A DNA stretch of 64,000 bases from Clostridiales bacterium. GTDB taxonomy: Bacteria > Bacillota > Clostridia > Christensenellales > Borkfalkiaceae. Both the position numbers and the translations under genes were made by a program. The notes below the pieces were generated by a model, which saw only the letters and a program-made list of their open reading frames with translations, did not search any database and had not been told where the DNA came from. This document shows positions 56,905 to 64,000 of the stretch, piece by piece (the first letter of the stretch is position 1; each line of letters begins with the position of its first letter). Location of the stretch: contig SVHZ01000004.1 in the NCBI GenBank assembly GCA_015055525.1, forward strand, positions 187 to 64,186, in the 5' to 3' direction.

Positions 56905-57618
56905 ATGACAGTTTACGAAAGACAAAATATTATATTAAATTTTTTGAAGAAACAACACTTTTCCACAATTAAAGAATTATCTAAAACTGTTTGGTCTAGC
57001 GAATCGTCCGTTAGGCGCGATATAAAAATACTCGAAAAAAAGGGGTATCTTAAACAATTTTATGGCGGAGTCATTTTATCGGGGTATGAAAACAGCGTTG
57101 TTCCAGTTGCCCTTAGAAACAATCATAACAGTTCAGTAAAGGACGAACTTGCAAAACAAGCCGCCATGCACTTTTTTGACGGAGCAAACGTATTTATGGA
57201 CGGTTCTTCTACGGTAAGACGGATTCTAAAGTATATAAACGGTTTTCATCGTATAAAGATAATTACAAACAATCAGTTAATTTTTAACGAAAATATTTCA
57301 CCTGAAATACAGGTTTATTGTACGGGCGGTAGATTTGTTCCTGAAAACAATATTTTTGTTGGACGTTCTGCAGAAAATTTTTTGAAAGGCATTAACGCAG
57401 ACTTGATGTTTTTTTCTAGCCAAGCAATATCGGAAACTGGCGTAATTTCCGATGCTTCCGAAGACGAAACTTCTTTACGACAAATAATGTTATCTCAGGC
57501 AAAAAAGAAAATCTTTTTGTGCGACTCATCTAAAATCGGCTTAAAGTATACATTTAACGTTTGCAATAAAGATGAAATAGATGAAATTATATGTGACAAA
57601 AAACTGCCTTGGGAATAA
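56905..57618 (+). CDS. DeoR-family transcriptional regulator
   Basis: 237 aa with an N-terminal HTH (TIKELSKTVWSSESSVRRDIKILEKKGYL) and a DeoR C-terminal sensor domain. Confidence 0.85.
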   Translation: MTVYERQNIILNFLKKQHFSTIKELSKTVWSSESSVRRDIKILEKKGYLKQFYGGVILSGYENSVVPVALRNNHNSSVKDELAKQAAMHFFDGANVFMDGSSTVRRILKYINGFHRIKIITNNQLIFNENISPEIQVYCTGGRFVPENNIFVGRSAENFLKGINADLMFFSSQAISETGVISDASEDETSLRQIMLSQAKKKIFLCDSSKIGLKYTFNVCNKDEIDEIICDKKLPWE

Positions 57619-57696
57619 AAACAATATACATATCCCCGTTTTAGGTTAGTTTTACAAAAAATCCCTATGTGAAGAGCAACTAGTCGAGTTTTTGTT

Positions 57697-59055
57697 TTAT
57701 TTAATCTTGGTGTAAAGAACGCAACTACAAGTGCAAGGATTTCCGCAGTTGGGGCAAGAAAACCCTTCTTTTATGCTTGACTCGTACCAATACTTTGGCA
57801 TTGTTATTTCTTCAATAAAGCCAAGGTTTTCTAAAACGGAGGCAACGTTTGTTATCCCAGAGTGTTTCCATGCGGTAGAGATAAAGCAAGTTATTCCGTC
57901 TTCTTTTAATTTTTCTATGCATTTGCCAACGAGCGCCGTTGCTATTCCCAAATGCTTAAATTCCGATTTAGTTGCAACGGTTGCAATATAGCCTATTTCT
58001 TTTGCAAACATCATATTTCTAAGTTTGTAACCTTTGCTTATCTTAACTGCATCGTCGTAAGAAATTTTTTTGTAAATGCAAAACGAAATAACGTTATTAG
58101 TCGCGTTTTCAACGGCAACGTAAAGTTCATCGCTCAAATTTTTATCTAGGGTTTTTTCAAGCCTTTCTTTTGTAAGATAATCTTCCCCAAGTTCAGCATC
58201 TGCAATCTTTATTACGCTTGCAAAATCTTGAAGAGTTGCTTTTCTTGTAGAAAAGCCTTTGTATCTACGTTTGAATATATATTTACCCGTAGTGATAGAA
58301 TTGTTAACGTTGTCGTATCCCGACCAGAAACCTTCTAAAGTGTTAGCGTCTTTGACGTTGAGAAAGAAATTGCCTATACCGTCGTCAATGTTAGATTTTG
58401 CAAAATACGTTCCAACAATTCGCTTGTTGCCGTAAATTTTTGCCCTTACGTCCCAAGCCTGAGAATCGCCAAACCAAGTTTTTCCCGTTATTCGCCCCAT
58501 AAAACTTTTCAAAACGACGGGCGCTCTTCTCATAACCACTCTGCCGTCTTCTTCGTCTTCGTAAAAGGACATATATTCACCGCTTATCTTAAAGCGTTTT
58601 CTCACCTTAACGTCGTAAACGGGAGATTCCGTTATGTGCTTTTTGCGTTGGAGCATACCGCTTAAAATTTCAAGCCGAGAAGATAGCGTTTGGTTTGAAA
58701 ATTCTATCGCTTGAAACATCCTTAAAGTTTCAAGGTCGTTTGGCATATCAACGGGGTATTCAAAACCTTCTTCTTGCAAAACGATAACGTTCAAATTATG
58801 CTCGATAGCAAGTAAAATTTCTTTATAAACCCAGTCGTTTGGCTCTTTGCATCTATCAAGAGCGCCAACCGAAAGAATTAAAACGTAGTTTAGCGAGTTT
58901 ACGAGATTGTGTTTAAGTTGCTCGTCAAAACGACCGGAACTCATACCCGTTATATCGTAAAAAGGGTTATAACCTTTGAGTTTAAGATAGTCGTAAACTC
59001 TTGCGGCAAAGTTTGCCCCGCCTATTCTTCTATAACTAATAAACGTGTCGAACAT
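57697..59055 (-). CDS. TIR domain - unknown beta-rich middle domain - GNAT acetyltransferase - Cys-rich tail fusion protein
   Basis: Start set at the ATG at 59055 (SD aaggag). The TIR N-terminus reads MFDTFISYRR...YVLILS...NDWVYKEILLA (an SxWCxxEL-like motif with Glu). The GNAT motif is EFKHLGIATALVGKCIEKL. The C-terminus is CPNCGNPCTCSC. Confidence 0.75.
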   Translation of the reverse strand: MFDTFISYRRIGGANFAARVYDYLKLKGYNPFYDITGMSSGRFDEQLKHNLVNSLNYVLILSVGALDRCKEPNDWVYKEILLAIEHNLNVIVLQEEGFEYPVDMPNDLETLRMFQAIEFSNQTLSSRLEILSGMLQRKKHITESPVYDVKVRKRFKISGEYMSFYEDEEDGRVVMRRAPVVLKSFMGRITGKTWFGDSQAWDVRAKIYGNKRIVGTYFAKSNIDDGIGNFFLNVKDANTLEGFWSGYDNVNNSITTGKYIFKRRYKGFSTRKATLQDFASVIKIADAELGEDYLTKERLEKTLDKNLSDELYVAVENATNNVISFCIYKKISYDDAVKISKGYKLRNMMFAKEIGYIATVATKSEFKHLGIATALVGKCIEKLKEDGITCFISTAWKHSGITNVASVLENLGFIEEITMPKYWYESSIKEGFSCPNCGNPCTCSCVLYTKIK

Positions 59056-59243
59056 AAATTTTCTCCTTCTAAAGTAGTATAACACGATTTTTCACTATTT
59101 GTCAAAGTGGAAGATATTATTTTTAGCGAGCGCCCACCTATTTATTGAACAGGTGCTTAAATTAAATAGTAAACGATAAAATTATTGCTAAAAACTAATA
59201 ATTATGATATAATTAGCAAATCAAAAATACAAATGAGGCAAAT

Positions 59244-61352
59244 ATGTTCAAAAAGTTAAAACAATGGTTTAGTATTCAAGTTGTAAAAAATCCAAGAAAT
59301 ATGGTGCTTGGTGCAATCTTGTTATTCAACGTTATTTTCGTTGTTTTGTCGGCGCTTATCATAAGCGCTTTGTCGCTTGACGGAACAGAAAATATGAGTT
59401 TCTTAGAAGCGGCGTTCTGCACGATTACTATGATTCTCGACGCTGGTTGTATATCTTACGTTATTGCTGATATTGGTCACTCTGGCGTGATTATAACTAT
59501 CGTGTGTTTGCTCGTTGTTTTTACCGGTATGATTTCGTTTACGGGCGCAGTTATCGGTTACGTTACTAACTACATTTCTTCATTTATTGAAAACGCAAAT
59601 TCAGGCAAGAGAAAACTTCACCTTTCAAATCATTTCGTTCTTATAAACTGGAATAGTAGAGCGTCTGAAATCGTCAACGATATGCTTTATAGCGAAACGG
59701 AGCAAAAAGTAGTAGTTTTAGTTCCCGACAGGAAAGAAGAGATTGAAAAGGAGATTGAAGAAAGGCTTTCTGAAACTATCGTTAGGGAAAACAAGGCGAT
59801 AGAAAAAGAGTTTGCGCATCTTCCCTTCTTTGCAAGAAAGTTAGCAATAAGAAAAAATCGTTTTAAGAAAAAAGTTACCGTTATTATCAAGGAAGGGGAT
59901 ATCTTCTCTTCAAAGCAATTAAGAGATATTTCTCTTGATATGGCAAGGTCTATAATAATTCTCGAAGGCGATTTTAACAATAGCACTTGCAAGTATGAAA
60001 GCGCCGAAAGAAGAAACGAACTTGGAAAAGGCAACGCTTTAACGATAAAAACGCTTATGCAAGTTGCCGATATTACCGCGGCGGAAACTTCGCTTGACGA
60101 TCAAAGAATTATCGTTGAAATTACCGACCTTTGGACTTTGGATATCGTCAACAAGATAATTGAAGCAAAACAAGTTGACGGGAAGTGCAATATTATCCCC
60201 GTTAGAATCAACCAAGTTCTCGGTCAAATTTTATCTCAATTCTGCATTATGCCAGAACTCAACGCGGTATATAGCGAACTCTTTTCTAATAAAGGTTCAG
60301 AATTTTATTCTGAAAAAACTCAAGAGTATACTGAAGAAATTTCGTTTATCGAAGGTTACTTAAAAGAACATAATCACGCCCTTCCAATAACGATAAGGGA
60401 AGAAAACGGCAATCATTTTGCTTATTACTTGGGTGAAAATAATAAAGATTTACATAGAAAAACTCACGTTAAAACAACAGATTATGCAATATCTCTTAAA
60501 AAGAACTACTGGCTTGAAAAGAGAAACGTTATAATTTTGGGTCATAACAGCAAGAGCAAATTTATTATGGCTGGTTTCCAAGCGTTTAGCAACGAGTGGA
60601 AGCGCGGAAACGAAGAAATCGTTGATATTTTAGTTGTTGATAATAAAGAAAATCTTGAAAAAGCAAATTATTACAAAGATTATTCTTTCGTTACCAATAC
60701 CGTTGAGGCGGATATTTACGATAAGGAAAAACTTGTTAAAACTATTGAAAATTACGTTGACGCGCACGCTGGCGATATAAGTATTCTTATTCTATCTGAT
60801 GATATGGCGTCTAATGATAATATCGATGCAAGTGCGCTCGTTAACCTTATCAACGTGAGAAACGTCATCGATAAAAAATTAAAAGAAAATCCTAATTTTG
60901 ATGCGAAAAAGATTGACGTTATCGTTGAAATTATCAATCCTAAGCATCACGACATCGTTAATAGTTATAGCGTTAAGAACGTTGTTATTAGTAACAGATA
61001 CGTAAGTAAAATGGTTACTCAAATTAGTGAAATGGAAGCCCTTTATAACTTCTATAACGATATTCTTTCTTACGACGAAGAAGGCGTTGACGATTATAGC
61101 AGTAAAGAAGTTTACATTAAGAAAGTTACTCGCTATTTTGATGAAGTTCCCGCTCCGACAACTGCCGATCAATTAGTTCGCGCAATATACAAAGAGTCTA
61201 TGAAACCCGATAGTGAAGGCCATATTAACCCGACAATTGCAATCGGTTACGTTGACCAAAACGGAAAAGTTATTATTTTTAACGGTGACTTATCTAAGTT
61301 CCACGTAGAACTCACAGAAAAAGATAAAATTATCTTATTTGCTTTCCACTAA
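59244..61352 (+). CDS. CASTOR/POLLUX-like ion channel with tandem RCK/TrkA-N-like cytoplasmic domains
   Basis: 702 aa with an N-terminal pore module (three hydrophobic helices and a filter-like CTITMILDAGCI). Two Rossmann-like blocks begin HFVLINWNSRASEIV and NVIILGHNSKSKFIM. A TTGCTA-17-TATAAT promoter lies upstream. Confidence 0.65.
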   Translation: MFKKLKQWFSIQVVKNPRNMVLGAILLFNVIFVVLSALIISALSLDGTENMSFLEAAFCTITMILDAGCISYVIADIGHSGVIITIVCLLVVFTGMISFTGAVIGYVTNYISSFIENANSGKRKLHLSNHFVLINWNSRASEIVNDMLYSETEQKVVVLVPDRKEEIEKEIEERLSETIVRENKAIEKEFAHLPFFARKLAIRKNRFKKKVTVIIKEGDIFSSKQLRDISLDMARSIIILEGDFNNSTCKYESAERRNELGKGNALTIKTLMQVADITAAETSLDDQRIIVEITDLWTLDIVNKIIEAKQVDGKCNIIPVRINQVLGQILSQFCIMPELNAVYSELFSNKGSEFYSEKTQEYTEEISFIEGYLKEHNHALPITIREENGNHFAYYLGENNKDLHRKTHVKTTDYAISLKKNYWLEKRNVIILGHNSKSKFIMAGFQAFSNEWKRGNEEIVDILVVDNKENLEKANYYKDYSFVTNTVEADIYDKEKLVKTIENYVDAHAGDISILILSDDMASNDNIDASALVNLINVRNVIDKKLKENPNFDAKKIDVIVEIINPKHHDIVNSYSVKNVVISNRYVSKMVTQISEMEALYNFYNDILSYDEEGVDDYSSKEVYIKKVTRYFDEVPAPTTADQLVRAIYKESMKPDSEGHINPTIAIGYVDQNGKVIIFNGDLSKFHVELTEKDKIILFAFH

Positions 61353-61356
61353 GATT

Positions 61357-61384
61357 AAAAACGGACGATTATCGTCCGTTTTTT
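61357..61384 (+). terminator. Terminator of the channel gene
   Basis: aaaaacggacga-ttat-cgtccgtttttt. Confidence 0.8.
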
Positions 61385-61464
61385 GTTGGAAAAATAAAAA
61401 ATTCAGTTTTTCTCTTTTATTATTTTTTATTATATGATAATATAATAGAGTAAAGTTAAAGGCT

Positions 61465-62982
61465 ATGAAAAAGTTATTGTTTAGTAAAATCAAAGAGTCG
61501 CTTATATCAATACTCCCCGTTACGCTACTCGTTATAATTTTGAATTTTACACCGCTTATCAATCTTGAAACGGAAGAAGTGGTGATTTTTAGCGTGTCTG
61601 CGTTGTTTTTGATTTTAGGAATAGGCTTTTTCACGTTAGGGGCAGACGTTGCTATGACGCCTATGGGCGAACACGTTGGCGCAGGTTTAGCAAAATCTAA
61701 AAAGGTAAGCCTTCTTTTAATCGTTTGTTTTGCGCTCGGTTTTCTTATTACCGTTGCCGAGCCTGATTTGAGCGTTCTTGCCGATCAAGTGGGAAGTTCC
61801 TTAATAATTTTATTCGTTGCTCTCGGCGTTGGCTTGTTTTTAATTTTGGCAATTCTTAAAATCGTTTTCAAAAAAGACCTTGCCAGCATGCTCATATATT
61901 TTTATATGGTGCTTTTTGCCTTGGCACTACTCGTTCTTGCGGTAAGCCCTGATAATTTTAAGTTAATACCTTTATCGTTTGACTCCGGTGGCGTTACAAC
62001 GGGGCCAATCACCGTTCCGTTTATAATGGCGCTCGGCGTTGGTATTGCAATGTCTATCGGCGGAAGAAATTCTAGCGAAAACAGTTTCGGTTTAGTCGCT
62101 ATGTGTTCAGTTGGGCCTATCCTTGCCGTTTTAATTTTGAGCATGATAAGCGGTGGAGATATTTCTGCCCCCAACTTAAACGACTATTTGCTCCCAAGTA
62201 ACGTTTTTTATTCAACCCTTTTAACTTTGGTTAAAACTACTAAAGACGTGGCTATTGCGCTCGGCTTAGTCGTTGCGTTTTTCTTTATAATAAACTTTTT
62301 TATACTCAAACTTCCAAAGAAGAAAATCGTTCAAATTTTAATAGGAACTGCTTTTACTTTTATAGGTCTTATAATTTTCTTAACAGCCGTTCACGTTGGA
62401 TTTATGCCAATTGGTTTTAAGATAGGAAAGGAACTTGCAAGCTCGTCAAAAATCGTAGTTACTATCGTTGGTTTTGCGCTCGGATTGATGGTTGTTTTAG
62501 CAGAACCTGCCGTTCACGTTTTGAATAAGCAAGTAGAAGAAATTACGCAAGGCACCGTGTCAAAAAAGGCTATGATGATAGCGTTAAGCGTCGGTGTTGG
62601 TTTATCAATCTGCTTGTCGGTTATTAGAATTATTTTTGGGTTTTCAATTTTATATTATTTAATACCGGGTTATTTGATTTCGTTGGGGCTTTCCTTCTTT
62701 GTTCCTAAGATTTACACGGCTATTGCTTTTGACTCTGGTGGCGTTGCGTCAGGTCCGCTCACTTCAACGTTTATCTTGCCGTTTGCAATCGGGGTTTGCG
62801 TTGCGCTCGGCGGTAATATTTTATCCGATGCGTTTGGTATCGTTGCAATGGTTGCCATGACTCCGCTTATAACTATTCAAACGCTTGGTTTTACGTCGAT
62901 TTCCAAAAAGAGATTTGCTGAAAAACTTGCGATGAGAAAGATTTTAGGCGAAGAAGACGACCAAATTATTAAATTTTTATAG
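61465..62982 (+). CDS. DUF1538-family polytopic membrane protein (internal duplication)
   Basis: 505 aa. The two halves each carry FDSGGV(T/A)(T/S)GP(I/L)T..F (FDSGGVTTGPITVPF and FDSGGVASGPLTSTF). Confidence 0.7.
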   Translation: MKKLLFSKIKESLISILPVTLLVIILNFTPLINLETEEVVIFSVSALFLILGIGFFTLGADVAMTPMGEHVGAGLAKSKKVSLLLIVCFALGFLITVAEPDLSVLADQVGSSLIILFVALGVGLFLILAILKIVFKKDLASMLIYFYMVLFALALLVLAVSPDNFKLIPLSFDSGGVTTGPITVPFIMALGVGIAMSIGGRNSSENSFGLVAMCSVGPILAVLILSMISGGDISAPNLNDYLLPSNVFYSTLLTLVKTTKDVAIALGLVVAFFFIINFFILKLPKKKIVQILIGTAFTFIGLIIFLTAVHVGFMPIGFKIGKELASSSKIVVTIVGFALGLMVVLAEPAVHVLNKQVEEITQGTVSKKAMMIALSVGVGLSICLSVIRIIFGFSILYYLIPGYLISLGLSFFVPKIYTAIAFDSGGVASGPLTSTFILPFAIGVCVALGGNILSDAFGIVAMVAMTPLITIQTLGFTSISKKRFAEKLAMRKILGEEDDQIIKFL

Positions 62983-62994
62983 GGGGGGTAGGTT

Positions 62995-63432
62995 ATGCCA
63001 AAATCTATTAAGCAAGCAATAGAAGAAAAGAAAGAAAACAAGCCTACTTCTACTAGGAAAACGAAAGTGCAACCGAGCGTTCGAAAGTTAAAAATGCTCG
63101 TAACGGTGGTAGATAGGAGTAAAACTCTGTTTTACCTTGATCTTTTAGAGCAGTTTGAAGTGAACGTTCAGTTTGTTTTATACGGAAAGGGAACGGCAAG
63201 CACGCAAATGATAAACTTGCTCGGTTTAGTCGAGGCGGATAAGTCGGCAATAATTTCTTACGTTAGAGAAGATAGAGTTAAAGAGGCGCTTGACGTTTTG
63301 AGCGAAAAGTTTTTGAAGGTAAAAAATGGCAAAGGCATAGCGTTTGCCGTTCCGCTCGATAGTATTATAGGCGTTTCAATGTATCAACTTTTAAGCAACG
63401 ATCAAACCCAAAAAGAAGGGGGTAAAAAATAA
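62995..63432 (+). CDS. PII-like (GlnB-fold) protein with a basic N-terminal extension
   Basis: 145 aa. The core MLVTVVDRSK...YGKGTAS...GIAFAVPLDSIIG fits a beta-alpha-beta PII fold. The start is uncertain, with an alternative ATG at 63094. Confidence 0.6.
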   Translation: MPKSIKQAIEEKKENKPTSTRKTKVQPSVRKLKMLVTVVDRSKTLFYLDLLEQFEVNVQFVLYGKGTASTQMINLLGLVEADKSAIISYVREDRVKEALDVLSEKFLKVKNGKGIAFAVPLDSIIGVSMYQLLSNDQTQKEGGKK

Positions 63433-63740
63433 TGAAAAAGGGATATAAGTGCATATTAGCGATAGTAAACAACGGTTTTTCCGAAACCGCTATGGACGCG
63501 GCTAAAGCGTGCGGAGCAAAGGGCGGAACGATTCTTCACGGAAGGGGAACGGCGTCAAAAGAGGCGGAAAAGATATTTAATATTTCAATTCAACCGGAGA
63601 AAGAAATAGTTATGATAATTGCAAAAACGGAATTGGTTGACGGGATATTAAAAGGGTTATATACGGCAATAGGATCGGCAACGCAAGCGCAAGGCATAGT
63701 ATTTGCGTTACCGGTTGATGAAGTTGTTGGAATTAATTAA
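63432..63740 (+). CDS. PII-like (GlnB-fold) protein
   Basis: 102 aa: ILAIVNNG...HGRGTASKE (T-loop-like)...GIVFALPVDEVVG. Its start overlaps the previous stop (ATAATG). Confidence 0.65.
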   Translation: MKKGYKCILAIVNNGFSETAMDAAKACGAKGGTILHGRGTASKEAEKIFNISIQPEKEIVMIIAKTELVDGILKGLYTAIGSATQAQGIVFALPVDEVVGIN

Positions 63741-63868
63741 GAAAAGGCAAATAAAAATTTTTAGGATAAGCCACATAAAAACGTTTGACAAGAATAATTT
63801 AATATGTTATACTCAAAAAGCGTTTGAGAAAGCGCATCGAACTTGCTATAGATAACAAGTCAAAATAT

Positions 63869-63945
63869 GGCGGCGTAGCTTAGCTGGTTAGAGCGGCCGG
63901 TTCATACCCGGCAGGTCGTTGGTTCGAATCTGACCGCCGCTACCA
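63869..63945 (+). tRNA. tRNA-Met (CAT), elongator type
   Basis: ggcggcgtagcttagctggttagagcggccggttCATacccggcaggtcgttggttcgaatctgaccgccgctacca. It forms a cloverleaf with an encoded CCA and is close to the Bacillus elongator tRNA-Met as I remember it. Confidence 0.85.
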
Positions 63946-63967
63946 AAAGCACACCGTTTAACAAGAA

Positions 63968-64000
63968 GGCCCCTTGGTCAAGCGGTTAAGACATCGCCCT
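63968..64000 (+). tRNA. tRNA, 5' part only (probably tRNA-Glu), truncated by the window end
   Basis: ggccccttggtcaagcggttaagacatcgccct matches the acceptor, D-arm and anticodon stem of Firmicute tRNA-Glu. The anticodon lies beyond the window. Confidence 0.55.

Noticed and set aside
61335-61634. 99-aa minus-strand ORF spanning the channel/DUF1538 spacer
   Set aside because: It overlaps the terminator, the promoter and the 5' end of the DUF1538 gene in antisense, and has no SD or motifs.

Overview
Gene-dense, AT-rich chromosomal segment of a low-GC, probably anaerobic Bacillota (Clostridia-like) bacterium. About 70 protein genes are supported, most on the minus strand. It carries origin-proximal housekeeping markers (dnaN, rpmH, rnpA, yidD, yidC, jag, rsmG, parA, parB, ftsH), but no dnaA sits next to dnaN. 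Other content: aminoacyl-tRNA ligases (cysS behind a Cys T-box, serS, gltX), tilS, glyA, three tandem MATE paralogues, a LytTR two-component pair, rex, queT, two repeat-rich lipoproteins, a HepT/MntA toxin-antitoxin cassette, and three tRNAs (fMet, Met, partial Glu). I saw no rRNA, CRISPR array, transposase or integrase. Most notable findings: (1) a 12-gene, translationally coupled minus-strand cluster, mdh-fumC-hdrBCA-flxDCBA-frdBA plus an AAE-family exporter, fronted by a perfect Rex box. It has no membrane anchor and looks like a soluble Hdr/Flx-coupled, possibly electron-bifurcating, fumarate reductase and succinate module. (2) A family of five ~125-nt intergenic hairpin elements with conserved ends and compensatory stem changes, abutting stop codons and sitting in leaders of glyA, the exporter, cysE and queT. 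(3) A GC-rich, hairpin-dense ~400-nt ORF-free block next to tRNA-fMet that contains three fragments of that tRNA. (4) A TIR-GNAT fusion protein divergent from a CASTOR/POLLUX-like RCK channel. (5) A TA cassette bracketed by a duplicated 42-bp terminator. (6) A DUF1538 membrane protein with two PII-like proteins. All functional calls rest on motifs read by eye. No database search or folding computation was run.
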